Assembly: GCA_951406725.2 (NCBI GenBank)
Contig: OX597819.1
Coordinates: 35,898,001 to 35,962,000 of the forward strand
Direction of reading: 5' to 3'
Source: Octopus vulgaris
Lineage: Eukaryota
Length of the DNA stretch: 64,000 nt
Positions 48,129 to 62,366 of this stretch are shown piece by piece. The notes under the pieces are model-generated. The model worked only from the letters and a program-made list of their open reading frames with translations, made no database searches and was not told the DNA's origin. A program made the translations under genes and the position numbers. How positions within the stretch are numbered: position 1 is the stretch's first letter; every line of letters starts with the position of its first letter.

Positions 48129-49334
48129 ACTTTCTACCTGTCTTTCTATCTATCTATCTCCATTGTCATGGAACCTCACCCAATAAAACAAAGACAATGT
48201 TCTTCTCTTCTAACCCCCCCCCCCCAAAAAAAAACCCCATCTGTTTTATATAAATGAACAAGCTGTTTGTACATTCACAAAATTATTCTTTTTGACAAGT
48301 TCGAGTAATGAATGAAAGCACTAATAATAATGAATAAAAAATTTTTTTCCAAAATTCTGGTGACCTTTTTATCAATTTTAAAAATTAGTACACCACACCT
48401 AACACTCTATACATACATCCACACTTTGTGTGCCTTGGGTTTTAGAATTGGTGTCCTCATCTCTCTGTCTTGAAAAAGGCCACACAAGAGGCTGACATCA
48501 AGTAAGACATTCAGCTATAAAACTCTGTCTCAAAAAGCCTCACCAAACTCATTCCAGCATAGAAAAGCTGATGATGACAATGATGATGATGAGTGTACAT
48601 GCATATTCACACACTCACACATTCATATATACACTCACACTCACACACACGCATAAGTATCAATTCAAATTAAATTAGCTTACAGTAAGAATTTGAAAGG
48701 GAAAAACTTTGCACCGAATTGCACACATCTGTTGTAATCTAGAAAACTTTATAATAGTTAGAATGGTTGCTTGGATTATTACTTATATGGAGTTCAATCT
48801 CCATGAGTGACTCCATGCATATTTTCCACCACTGCCGGCATCAGTTGTTAGTTGTCGGAGCACTGCACCCTTCAAAACTTCCATGCTTCCTGAGATTCGC
48901 CAACACAGCACCTGATTTTCTCCCCTCCATACACACGCAAGTATGTATCTGACTCATACACTGTTCGCTTTCCAGACATTTATACATTACTGCATATGCT
49001 TTATACGCACTTTTTGACAAATTGTGGTGCACCTGAGCACTGTATACAATAATTTCATTATATATATATATATTAAACTTTGTACTCATACCATGTTTAA
49101 TTTAATTTAATACAATGTTTATAAGTGGATGTTCAAACATTTTTATAGTTTGCATATCATCTAGTGTATGTACGTGTGTGTGTGTGTGTATGTGTGTATG
49201 TGTGTCTGTAAATATATATATATATATATATACATATATACACATTATACAGATCAGGTACATATATGTTACTATGCACTTCATGAAATCTTTTTGTAAA
49301 ATCAAAATTATTGTCTCTATCTCAACAATGTGTA

Positions 49335-49400
<66 letters not shown>

Positions 49401-49522
49401 ACACACACGCACACACACAAGGTCGTGTATATGTGTGTTTGTGTGTGTGTGTGTATATGTGTGTATGTTTGTGTATGTGTGTGTAGGTGAGAATATATAT
49501 TATAAACATGTCTGTCTGCCTG

Positions 49523-49770
<248 letters not shown>

Positions 49771-50159
49771 TAGCTATCTAAGCATTATAACATTTTTTAC
49801 CCCTTTTTCTACATAAAATCAACACTTCATTTGTAATTCTAAATGGCAATCATGTGCATAAGTTGGGATAATACGTTGTTTAGTTCGAAACCTGTAAAAT
49901 GTTGCTCTCAGGGAGGCAAGAGCACTTAATGATATGCTGAACAAAAGTCAACAGCACTGAAATGATGACTTCATTGAATTTGGTCCAAACATCACTAATG
50001 AGTGGAAGGGGGAGATATATCTTGCTGTGTACATCTATTAATAGGTACAAACACCACCTATTGCCACCAATTTTGTTGACTATAACAACTTGTGAGGGCC
50101 ACAATGACTTTGAAGGTATAATTATTCTCTCTGCCAGCAGTTCATTAATTTAGGAATTC

Positions 50160-50575
50160 GGATCTTTTCGGTTTGAACGGCAGTTTTTAACATAATTTCT
50201 AGGTAACTAAAAAATATTAAACTTCGTATACTGGTAGAATGTGTTTATAAAACATCTTTTTCTCTTGGCTTTATTGAGAAAATTCTATAGTTTGTAAGAT
50301 ATTTGTTGTTTTTTTCTTCAATTTCTGCAATTTCAACCAATCACTGACGTCTATTGAGGTAAAAAACATTCTGTGCCATATGAATGTGTCCCTCGTTTAA
50401 GAAACAGATTGGGTTTATTTACATTTGTAAAGAAAAAAAGATACCCTTCCCCCCACCCCTAACCCTAACCCTAAAACGGATTGAAATGCAATAGAGTGAT
50501 TCTAGGGTCATAATTATGGGTAACAATTTCATATGACACCGCTAGAAAAAACTGCCGTTGAAACCAAAAAGATCC
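50160..50575. mobile_element. Merlin-like MITE carrying (CCCTAA)n, intact
   Basis: GG-initiated TIRs GGATCTTTTCGGTTTGAACGGCAGTTTTT / AAAAACTGCCGTTGAAACCAAAAAGATCC; 8-bp TSD AGGAATTC at 50152-50159 and 50576-50583. Confidence 0.82.
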
Positions 50576-50727
50576 AGGAATTCTCTACCTTCAAAGATTG
50601 ATTCTGAGTGCGGCAACATATGGGTATTCCTTCTGTAGAAATTCCTGCTTGTCACATATGCTACAGGTACAACACCAATGTTCCAGGCACGTTTGGTCTG
50701 GAACTTCTTATAATGTGTGCTAATTAA

Positions 50728-50932
50728 TCTTTTCTACTATAGGCACAAGGCCTGAAATTTGTGGGGAGGCGGTAAGTTGATCAAATTGACCCCAATACTT
50801 GACTGGTACTTTATTTATTGACCCCGAAAGGATGAAAGACAAAGTCAACCTCACCAGAATTTGAACTCAGAATGTAAAATGGGTGAAATACCATTAAGCA
50901 TTTTGCCCGCTGTGCTAACGATTCTGCTAACA
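50728..50932 (-). mobile_element. SINE family B (alternative tail)
   Basis: TAGGCACAAGGCCTGAAATTT...CCCCGAAAGGATGAAAG. Confidence 0.8.
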
Positions 50933-51416
50933 AATCCATGCTAATTAATACTAGTTGTGTACAGGTACCTGTATTTAATCTAATTATTCAGGGTATGTGG
51001 GTATTTGAAAATACCTAATGGAGTGACACCTGTAGCCTGCATAGTTACAAGCTGCCCTTTGGCAAAGCATAGTACCGGTTCAGCCACCCTGTTAGGGATA
51101 TGGTGAAGCCATGGGACTGCTGCATAGCAAACTGAGAAGAAGTAGCAGAATTCAACTGAGCCAACAGTGCTTCTCACATTAATGCTGAGCAGAGGAAGCA
51201 TAGAAGATCAAATGGTCAAGATCACAAAGCTCTATGAAGAGAGTAATTGCAAAGCATCCATGGGGGTGGCATCCACGGTTGTGTAATCAGCTAATAGAAG
51301 ATTCACTATGACACTAACTCCCAATTCTAATTCATAATAATGGGAATGGATGGCAACAGAGAATCATGGGGATCTGCAAAAGCAGCAAAAAACAAAACAA
51401 TATAACCTTTGTTTAA

Positions 51417-51725
51417 GTAAAGTTAATCACCACACCAATATGGTTGTTTGATGTTACTAAAGTTTAACCCTAGGCAGATCTTCTGCCAGCTGATTATAGG
51501 TGAAGCCTGCACCCTGTATATATTGCAAGTGGGGGAGCAAATCCCTACCATCCTCCCTGCTTGCAATATTGACAGGGTGCAGGCTGCACTTATAACTAGC
51601 TGGCGGAAGATCTGCCTAGGGTTAAAACAGTAGTAACATCAAACAGCCATATTGATAAGGCGATTAACTTTACTTGTCAGTATAGTCACTACTCTCATCT
51701 CTAATTGGGATTTTCTAACTGACAA
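51417..51725. mobile_element. Fold-back + unique tail insertion with 10-bp TSD
   Basis: About 110-bp arms (51415-51528 / 51554-51676); TSD CTTTGTTTAA at 51407-51416 and 51726-51735. Confidence 0.78.
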
Positions 51726-51807
51726 CTTTGTTTAATTTAGAGTGTGTTGACCAAGGTGATCACTCCCTGGTTCTGATAAATCAGTAATCTGGAATAGTTT
51801 TAGAACC

Positions 51808-51809
<2 letters not shown>

Positions 51810-51841
<32 letters not shown>

Positions 51842-52250
51842 GCTTAATGTCCGCTTTCTATGCTAGGATGGATTGGACGATTTGACTGAGGACTAGCGAA
51901 CCAGATTGGCTGCACCAGGCTCCAATCTTGACCTGGCAGTGTTTCTACAGCTGGATGCCTTTTCTAATGCCAACAACTCCGAGAGTGTAGTGGGTGCTTT
52001 TACGTGCCACCGGCACGAAGGCCAGTCAGGTGGTACTGGTAACGGCCATGCTCAAATGTTGTTTTTTATGTGCCATATGCACAGGAGCCAGTCCAGTGGC
52101 ACTGGCAACGACCTCGCTCGAATTCTTTTTCATGTGCCACTGGCACAAGTGCCAGTAAGGCGACGCTGGTAATGATTATGCTCGAATGGTGCTTTTTACG
52201 TGCCACTGGCATGGAAACCAGTTAACCACTCTGGCAAAGTTAACCACCCT
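51810..52250 (-). mobile_element. RTE LINE 3' end (family C)
   Basis: (CAT)n, conserved end, TTTTACGTGCCAC repeats. Confidence 0.88.
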
Positions 52251-52680
52251 GGCGATGGTTCTGTAAAATTGGTCTTGTACCCGTACAAAATTTCTGATAA
52301 AATAATACAGCAGAAACAGTAAAAGGGAACTTTACCTTTACATCCAATCTAAAGTGATTGGAATTGTGATGATGTACAGATTGCCAAGATGATAGAATCA
52401 GATATTCCATGGATCACAAAAATTTCAATTATTAGGTAGATTGTTTCCATCATAGATATCTCGCCTTTTGATGTGATTCAGAATATAATTTAATACCTAG
52501 CTTTTTTCTGCAATACCTTAACAAACCAGAAACAATTCCCTACTGGTATTTTAAGTCATTGTTGATTCATTATTGCCATTGCCATTGTCATCGTTGTCAT
52601 CATTGCTGCCATCATTGATGATGTCATTGTTGCTACTGTCAGTGCTGTCGTCACCACCATCATTGTTATTGCTATCTCTA

Positions 52681-52912
52681 AGGCGGCGAGCTGGCAGAAA
52701 CATTAGCACGCCGGGCGAAATGCATAGTTGTATTTCGTCTATCGTTATGTTCCGAGTTCAAACTCCGCCGAGGTCGACTTTGCCTTTCATCCTTTCGGGG
52801 TCGATAAATTTAGTACCAGTTACACACTGGAGTCGATCTAATCGACTTAATCCCTTTGTCTGTCCTTGTTTGTCCCCTCTGTGTTTAGCCCCTTGTGGGT
52901 AGTAAAGAAATA
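52681..52912 (+). mobile_element. SINE family B, full length
   Basis: Matches 5981-6211. Confidence 0.9.
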
Positions 52913-53049
52913 TATCTCTATCATTGTTGCTGCTCTTGCTGTGGATACTGCCATCATTTTTGTTGTTGTTGTCATTGCTGTCGTCATTGCCACCACAATC
53001 ATCATCATCATCATTATCATCATCATCGTCGTCGTCGTCGTCGTCGTCG

Positions 53050-53106
<57 letters not shown>

Positions 53107-53107
53107 G

Positions 53108-53149
<42 letters not shown>

Positions 53150-53439
53150 TGTTTCAATGTCCTCTTTTCCATGCTTGCATGGGTCAGACAGAATTCATTG
53201 AAGTAGATTTTTTTTTTATGGCTGGATGTCCTTCTTGTCAACCCTGGCCTATTTCAAGTAAGGTAATATTTTCCTGTAACCAGACATGTGTTTACAGAAG
53301 ACTGCATGCATGGCAGTAACACTTGTTTACATCTATCACACGATGAGACAAGGAGACACAAACATACACACATATACACACACATGCACACACACATGTG
53401 CATGCACATACTTATACATACATACATGCATACATATCC

Positions 53440-53605
53440 CAACACATTGTTTTCTCTCTCTCTCCATTTTTTTTACTTTCATCCCTTTCTGTTGAAAAGT
53501 ATAGGTTCAAAATGTCAAAGACTTTTCCATTTTACCTGAGCATCAGACTAACACACCTGCTTGTTGTTCCGCCACTTGTCTCTGTCTTTTGTTTTCTGCA
53601 CATTT
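53440..53605 (+). mobile_element. Family H2 pLTR-like fragment with decayed hammerhead-like motif at 53485-53520
   Basis: Reverse complement of 7408-7560. Confidence 0.55.
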
Positions 53606-53607
53606 GA

Positions 53608-53883
53608 TACATGCATACATACATACATACATACATACATACATACATACATACATACATACATACATACATACATAAATACATACATGCATGCATACAT
53701 ACATACATACATACATACATACATACATACATACATACATACATACATACATACATACATACATACATACATACATACATACATACATACATACATACAT
53801 ACATACATACATACATGCATACATACATACATACATATATACATACATACATACATACATACATACATACATACATACATACA

Positions 53884-53914
<31 letters not shown>

Positions 53915-53922
53915 GTACATAC
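53608..53922. repeat. (CATA)n microsatellite
   Basis: Direct reading; followed by a degenerate SINE A half at 53923-54088 (minus). Confidence 0.95.
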
Positions 53923-54502
53923 ATATGACAGACATCTTTCAGTTTTTGTCTCAAATCTACTGACAAGGATCTGGTCAACCCTGGGTTATAATGAAAGACT
54001 AATACCCAAGGTACCACATAGTGGAAATGAACCTGAAACCTCGTTGTTAAAAAGTGAACTTCTTAAAAACTCAACCACACTTATGCCTATAATGAATGAA
54101 AGGCTCACCAAGGCTTATCTTAATTGCCTCTGTTTCTTGTTCCCTTTACAGAAAAAATAAATCTCCACTTTGGTTTCTCTAGGGTGCTATTGCTGACATT
54201 ATTAGATTCTGACATACCTTATATTAGAACTGAGACAGTGGTTATCAACAGCAACATGTTTTCAATGGCCAGGTAAAATATTTTTAATCTCACACCAAAA
54301 AGAAGTTTTAGCCTGAATTGCAATTGATTTCCCAACAACAACAACATAAGGATTAAAATTTGTTGTAATGCTACCTATAGCCTCTTCCTACTGGGTTATT
54401 GAAATAGCAAAAGCAAAGGTTTTTCAGTTTTATAAAATAAAGTAAAGCAAAACTAAAGTTTTTTATTGGTTTCTCTTTTAAGGTTTTGGTAAAAATTTTC
54501 TT

Positions 54503-54732
54503 TTTTTTACTATCCACAAGGGGCTTAACACAGAGGGGACAAACAAGGACAGACAAAGGGATTAAGTCGTTTACATCGACCCCAGTGCGTAACTGGTACT
54601 TAATTTATCGACCCCAAAAGGATGAAAGGCAAAGTCGACCTCGGCAGAATTTGAACTCGGAACGTAACGACAGACGAAATACAGCTACGCATTTCGCCCG
54701 GCATGCTAATGATTCTGCCAACTCGCCACCTT
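54503..54732 (-). mobile_element. SINE family B, full length
   Basis: Reverse complement of 5981-6211. Confidence 0.9.
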
Positions 54733-55479
54733 AAAATAAAAGCGTCTTGAAGAACTTCTTGCAAATGTTTTGATATTTATCTAAGAAACTGACAAAATCC
54801 TTAATTGGTTGTTAGACAACTATACCCTTATTCCTGCATTAAGTGTATTTTTATTGCTAATAAATTTACATGCAATGAATATTTTTGCTCTTGAATAATA
54901 GGTAATGACATCTGCTTCCTCCTTTGTAATTTCAGGTCATTCTATTTCATTACATTGTAACTGGCTGCTGCATCCTCTACTCTAGAAATAAACCCATTTT
55001 ATTAGTCTCATTTGACTTCATAACCCTATGATGTCTTTCAAGATAGGCAATAAATTTATCAAAGGAATCTGCAAAATTATCCATTAATATAAAAGGGTTC
55101 ATACCTAATGATGACACTGTTGTTTATAATAGCTTCAGGAGTGTATGAATTATAAATATTCAAATAAATAAAGTATCATAGAACTTCATCTCTCATCTTG
55201 GATGCATAACCGAAAAACGACGCAATAAGCTTCTCTTGTTTCAGCACTGATTTCCAAAAGTGTAATAATGCTAGAAACAGCTGCATCAAAAGACAGTTCA
55301 CATAGAAATCTTAGTCAAAATAGTAAGCCAGTGGCTTTCCATTCTCATTCTCTCAATCCAATGGAGAAAAAAGCAGTTATATACGAAAAAGGAATTATTA
55401 TCATTATAGAAGGCATTATTCATGTCATGCTGTAATTACAGGGTGCATTAGAAAGTAGAGACCGTTGCGCCATTACTAG

Positions 55480-55548
<69 letters not shown>

Positions 55549-55770
55549 TAGCAGCAGCAGCAGTATTTAGTATCCATTTTCCATGCTGGCATGGGCTGGA
55601 CAGTTTGACAGGAGCTAACAAGCATGTGGACTGTACCAGGCTCCAATTTATGCTTTGGCATGGTTTCTATGGCTGGATGCCTTTCCTAATGCTAATCACT
55701 TCCCAGAGTGTACTTGGAGCTTTTTACATGGCACTAGCAGAAGGGAAGTCACCAAGTAACTTGCAAGACA
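55480..55770 (-). mobile_element. RTE LINE 3' end (family C)
   Basis: (CAT)n plus conserved end. Confidence 0.75.
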
Positions 55771-57983
55771 AAACCTCTCAACTGAGCTGAGGGGTGTAGT
55801 ATTGAGGAGGTGGATTTATGAAAGGTGATGAGAGGTTAAAGTATGTATGATGGAAGGATAGAAATAGATGTCTCATAGTAGAGAAGATATATAGCTACCC
55901 CAGTTAAAAAAAAAAGAGAGATAGTGCAGAGGTATCAGAGCACACACTCAAGTTATAAGAAAGGGAAAATTAGAATAATGGTCCAAAGGATTGACAGGTG
56001 AATGGATAGGTAAGACAGTAAAAGTATGAAAGGAGAGTAGTGGATGGATAGAAAAGAATACAGTGAATGGTGAACTTCAGTGGGAGTGTGGTCACTGGTG
56101 AATAGCTTTGTTATTCTCACAGAGCAATACTTGGTTTCTTATCTTATTAACACTTGGAGATTATCCAAAATCTAAAGAGAAATATTCTATTTGGGGACCA
56201 ATGCAATAAATCAACTATGGATTCATTATAACATATCATCCAGGTTCAAAATGCAAGGTAGCAGACACATTTTCCAAATGAGCCTCCACAAAAAATATTT
56301 CTTATCTCATAGTCAATTCTGTTACTCAGGGTGCTCTAGAATGTTCCAGTATTGTAAAACTCATTACCTTACTGTTTTCCCTCATAGAAATTTACCAAAT
56401 CTGTAAAAGGACTAAAAGTAATGTTTCAGGTCAATAAGAGGCAGACTGTGACTAGACCATAAGAGTGAATTTCTATGGTCTTCATTGGATCGTTGCTATC
56501 TGTAACTGAAAATTAGTATTTACTTATGTTGGTGGATGAATACTCACAAAATTTCTTTGGATTTCCATGTCAAGACATGACAGCCAATGTTGTCATCTAT
56601 CACCAAAACCACCACCACCACCACCACCACCACCACCAGCAACAACAACACCTCCATCTCAATTATTTCATTGATTTTGGTCACGATTCCACTGCTGGGA
56701 CAGAAGGAAGTATTAAATTGAAATGGCCATCTATGTATCATACTTAATATATACACACTCAATAGGCCAATTGCAGCAGTTTTTGTCCTGAGAAAACATC
56801 TCTTATGGCCTTGCTGTGTTAAAAACTATAAATATTGAATAGAGACGAAAATTCTCCCCAACAGCAACCAGTGAAAGTGCCAGATGCATCTTAGCCTTTT
56901 AGGGGCCTCTTCAATGATGTGCACTCACAACCAGTCACATGCTTAATCAGAATTTGTCATCTCTGATATAGAAAAGAATGAATAAAATATTTACTGATGC
57001 TATGAATAACTGCCCGGTTGATTAAAATTTGGTATGTGCACATAAAAGGGATCAATCTTAAGCAAAATCATATGGCGATAAAGGGAGATTTGCCAATCAA
57101 AAAATCGATAAAAGAGGGAAATGTGATGTCATACTTTGTATGAGTCCAGTTTGGAAACAATAAATCAGATATATCTTGATCCATATACTCCAACAGCTGA
57201 AGGAATGATTCCTTCTATCCCAAATGTACAAGAACACATCCCAGCAGAACAACAAGAGGCACAAATAGAAATCTCACTATTCTCTGAACCAATTGAAAAA
57301 GGTCGACATTCCAGTGAATTAAACAAATTTTTTCCTGACAAGGAAAAGACACTAGTAAGAACATAAAGTGGATGTTAGATCCGATGGCCAAAGTGTTATG
57401 AATGATTATTGACATTTCTACAAGTCCAAATATCATTATTAATCAATAAATTCTACTTAAGTTTTCTACTGACATTCTTCTTCCTTGAGCTATTACTGTT
57501 CCTTTTACTTATCACCGTTGTCTTTCCTAATGTTTATGGTGATGCGGAGAGGGAGGGTTAGGAAGAGAAGGGGAGGAAGAAGAGGAGAAAGAATTATATG
57601 ATGGTGGTAGTGGCAGATTAAATGCTGCCTCTTGTGAATAATGTACGATGCTGCAGGGTAGAGAAACATAAGCACTAAATATGAAGGATGTCTGAAGATG
57701 TGAAAGAAATGAAGCAAGTATACTCCAGTGGATGTGTGCATGTAAGAGCTACAATTTGTTGAACTAAATGACAAATGATCGCTAAATATGATGACACATA
57801 TGCACACAACACCCCAGAGCACCACTACAACATTATTCTATAATAAACTGTGTTCCATTCAGCTGAAAAGAAAAATATATGTTTATTACACAAAAACAGT
57901 TGCAACACGAATAATATAAATTAATTGGTTGTCTTTTGATCTGAGAAAGACTGTTTCACAACTTACAACTTCAGATGATTTGT

Positions 57984-57984
<1 letters not shown>

Positions 57985-58026
<42 letters not shown>

Positions 58027-58292
58027 CCATCGTTCAACGTCCGTTTTCTGTGCTAGCATGGGTTGGACGGTTCGACCGGGGTCTGGGAAGCCAGGAGGCT
58101 GCACCAGGCTCCAGTCTGATCTGGCAGTGTTTCCGCAGCTGGATGCCCTTCCTAATGCCAACCACTGTGTGAGTGTAGTGGGTGCTTTTTACGTGCCACC
58201 AGTAAAGGTGCCAGGGGAGGCTGGAAGCGGGCATGATCGGTTGGTGCTTTTTACGTGCCACTGGCACAGAAGCCAGTCAAGGCGGCGCTGGT
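57985..58292 (-). mobile_element. RTE LINE 3' end (family C)
   Basis: Closely similar to 8252-8530. Confidence 0.88.
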
Positions 58293-58984
58293 GATCAAAT
58301 GTTTGTGCTGTACATTAAACTGATATTGCCTGTAGAGATGCATGGTATGCTTCAAGTCAGATGTTGAAGTGATAGCAGTAATTTAAGATGAAGTGTTTTG
58401 CTCATTAAAGCAACATACTGTCTAGGCCAAGAACTGAACCATGATTTCACAATTATGAGGGCAACACCCTAACTACTAGGTCATGCACCCTCAAACATGA
58501 TTCTAAACACTATGTTGGAAGGCACATCACTGATGCTAAATACAGAGGAATAGCAAGAGTGTTGTTCTGACTGGATCTATTATACTTACCTTTGTTGTGC
58601 TCAACATTATATTCTGCAGCCATGCAAAAATGGATTGAATAGTAGAGAAAGTGTAATATAATACCCTACACCATTCCTCATTGCATGTCAGAGAGTGCAG
58701 CTTACATAAATCTTCTTTTGAACCTTAGCAGGGTCAAGAAATTGGAGTACTGTTCAAGTAGTGGTGCTGATATAATAGACAATACCCTCCTACTAAAAAA
58801 CTGTGTGGCCTTGCAGCCAATGCTAGCCATTAATATTAGATAAGGCAGTTAACATTATGATGAGAGCAATAAAAATATCAACATTATAATCATCATCAGC
58901 AGTAGCATCATCAAAAGCAGCAATAACACAAGCAACTGCAACAGCATTATCTGAAACAGGGTTGCACACTACTGTTATCAGGAA

Positions 58985-58987
<3 letters not shown>

Positions 58988-59072
<85 letters not shown>

Positions 59073-59162
59073 TACATATATATATGTATATGTATATACA
59101 TAAATATATATACATATATGTATGTGTGTATATATATATGTATGTGTGTGTATATATATCCC

Positions 59163-59197
<35 letters not shown>

Positions 59198-59208
59198 GTG
59201 TGTGTGTG

Positions 59209-59252
<44 letters not shown>

Positions 59253-59383
59253 TAGTTTTCAAAACTGAAACTTGTCATTTCAAATGCATCTCTGTGGTAT
59301 ACATATGTGTGAGTATGTGTGTGCATGTGTGTGTGAGTGTGTGTGTACATATACACACATTCATATACATGTAAGTGTATGTG

Positions 59384-59426
<43 letters not shown>

Positions 59427-59636
59427 TTTTTATAAATGTATATGTATATATATATGTATATATGTATGTATGTGTATATGTATGTACATATGTTTATTTA
59501 TGTATGTATGTGTGTATATATATATTTAAATGTACACATATATATATATATATATATATGTGTGTATATACATCCACACACATATGCATGTTGTCATCAT
59601 TGTCAATGTTGTGCGTGTATATATATATATATACAC

Positions 59637-59668
<32 letters not shown>

Positions 59669-59720
59669 GCACATACATGCATACACACAATCCCATATAT
59701 ATACATATATACATATGAAT
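58988..59720. repeat. Compound (TA)n/(TG)n microsatellite field
   Basis: Direct reading; similar fields at 27200-27350, 31233-31470 and 41757-42053. Confidence 0.95.
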
Positions 59721-61103
59721 ATTAATTGTTTACATATAGTCTTTTGTTTTTCATGTATTCATATTCCTTCTGATATTGTTATCTGTTTTTGTTATTTATG
59801 TTATTCTTTATGTATATTTATTTATCTATTTAACCATACATTAATTTTTTTTTTGTGTTTTTTTTTCGCTTTATTTTATTTCATCCTGTTACCCTCACTG
59901 GAGCCAGTATTTAGATCTCTGATATTAAACCATTCTACAAAAATTCCTAAGGGATATCATTCCATTTTTTTTTCTTTTTTGTCCCTTGAAATAAAACATT
60001 TTCCACTTCCTTTTAATTTTTGTTTTTTAAATGCTTAACAAAAATATTCATAACATTCTTCATTCTATCATTATTTTCATGATAAATTCTGCTAAAATAA
60101 CAATAAGACAAGACAAAAAGGCATAAATAAAAATGGAATTGTATAGAAATTCTTATTTTGTTTGCTTGCTTTATGTTGCTTCTTTTTATTTGCCACATTC
60201 AACCCCCTCATCATCCTCACCACACACACACACACACACACATACATACAGGAAGTACTGTTGTGTATAGGAGATGAGTACATACTAGTGTTTTGAAAGC
60301 ATTAAATGTTTCAAGCAGCATCTCTGTCCAGGATAGATTGTCAGTCCATTATAGATCTAGTTTATGGGACAACTGGAATTGGTTAGATGAGAGACAGTCA
60401 ACATCTCTCACGTGCAGTTTCATTGTCACCATTTATGTCGATATCATCATCACCATCATTTTTATGTTGTCTTTCCATGATGGTATGGGCTGGAGATGAG
60501 TCATTATGGCTTGAATCAGTTTTTGTTTGGATTACTTTTCTCTCTCAGATGTGGTCAGGAACCAGTTGGCATCAGTTTTACAACTAGATCTCCTTCGTAA
60601 CTCCAAACACTTTGCAGAGGGTACTGATGCATTCATTTGAGTCAAACAAATTGTTCTTTACATAATGGCACCTAATTGCATTTTCTTTCTTTTTTTTTTT
60701 TTTGCAATTGTTTTTTCAAGGTTTTCAAGGTTACTAGGAATGGTGAGAGGAAGTCATCATCATACCACACACATGGCTCAAATGCTTGCAATAGTGAATT
60801 CCACAGAAGGCTCCCACCTCTCAGGATCAGCTGGTGGTATTAAACCAGACTATAATTTAATTCTACATCCAAGAATAGGAATAACCATTTCGATGAGCTT
60901 CCACATATTTTCCACCAACCAAATCCCACTCACAAGGTGTTGGTTATCCAAAGGCTGTTACAGAAGACCTTTGTCCAAGGGGCAAAACAGTGGGATTGAG
61001 TATAAAAGCTATGAATGGAAATTCTTAACAGAACCATTCCTTCACATCCATATTAAAGAGTGTTCTGGAGAAGAAATAATGAATGTTATGATTAGGAATA
61101 CAG

Positions 61104-61561
61104 TATAGTGATGTCAGGGTTACCATTTTATTGTGGTAATATCAATTAAAATGGCGGTGCCCCAGCATGGCCACAGCTTGTGAGCTGAAACTAGATAAAA
61201 TAGAAAATGAAATAGAAAATAATTTAGTGAGAAAAAGAGGGGTCACTATCTTGTATATAACAACAAGAAAATAGAAATTTGTGAGACGTCTGCAATCACA
61301 TGTCTCCAAGTAACATGTGCGCAAGCTGATGTGTAAATGTGGCGGCCTGACCCAATGATGGTCGAAGAATCAACAGGCACTGAATGGCGTGAATTTAGAA
61401 ATTCCTTCCTTTATATAAGGGATGAACCAGAAGCCCCAGACTTCCATGTAAACCGGAAGCTTCCAGAATGTTTGAGAACTTTCCAGAAGCTTGAGGGAGA
61501 TTGCTCTCGTTAAATTCCTTTTCTGTTTTTCTTCTTAATGTGACCACCAGGTTTCACTACA
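61104..61561 (-). mobile_element. Solo LTR (Gypsy-like)
   Basis: Termini T(A)TAGTGA / TCACTACA, 4-bp TSD ACAG at 61100-61103 and 61562-61565; minus-strand TATATAAA and AATAAA in the expected order; SINE A-type tail inside at about 61150-61215. Confidence 0.7.
61379..61493 (-). promoter_or_regulatory. Heat-shock element array + TATA box + Inr-like site in the LTR
   Basis: GAAgcTTCcaGAAtgTTTgaGAActTTCcaGAAgcTTG at 61456-61493; TATATAAA at 61417-61410; TCAGT at about 61383. Confidence 0.6.
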
Positions 61562-61959
61562 ACAGCATTTTCAAGTTCAAAGACACAGTCTTTGATAATA
61601 ATTGAGTAGAGGTCATCAGAGCGTGCGATATAACAGTGGCGACAAGGATTTCGTAGCTCACGCAGCCACTGTGTAGTATTGCAATATAACACTTGAGAAA
61701 ATAACTTTACAGGCCAACTAACAAGTTTCTGCATAGCTTATAACCCAAAAGACTTGGGTTGATCTGAGCTGATGGTAAAAAACACCTGCCAAAGCTGCCA
61801 ATTGGTGGGATCAGAACTGGGGCATCATCATTGTAAACAGAACAAGCATTGCTATCCTGAGACTAAAACAACAACAACAGCAATAAAAAAACAACAACCA
61901 GAATATACTGAAGTCAGTCTAATGAGATATAATTCTTTCACTAAAATGTTGGTTATATA

Positions 61960-62366
61960 GGCGTAGGAGTGGCTGTGTGGTAAGTAGCTTGCTTACGAAC
62001 CACATGGTTCTGGGTTCAGTCCCACTGCATGGCATCTTAGGCAAGTGTCTTCTACTACAGCCTCGGGCCAACCAAAGCCTTGTGAGTGGATTTGGTAGAC
62101 GGAAACTGAAAGAAGCCTGTCGTATATATGTATATATATATATGTGTGTATGTGTATATGTTTGTGTGTCTGTGTTTGTCCCCCCAACATCGCTTGAAAA
62201 CCGATGCTGGTGTGTTTATGTCCCCGTAGCTTAACAGTTCGGCAAAAGAGACCGAAAGAGACCGATAGAATAAGTTCTGGGGTCGATTTGCTCGACTAAA
62301 AGGTGGTGCTCCAGCATGGCCACAGTCAAATGACTGAAACAAGTAAAAGAGTAAAGAGTAAAGAGT
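61960..62366 (+). mobile_element. SINE family A, full length
   Basis: Matches 3183-3620. Confidence 0.9.

Noticed and set aside
52336-52516. Protein-coding exon on the minus strand
   Set aside because: Good donor, but stops in all three frames from the plausible acceptor
57136-57366. Gypsy reverse transcriptase N-terminus
   Set aside because: Only a vague resemblance; no recognisable RT motifs downstream
61628-61650. LTR end plus primer-binding site (ATAACA-GTGGCGACAAGG)
   Set aside because: Resembles a Gypsy PBS, but no matching LTR start or gag sequence could be traced
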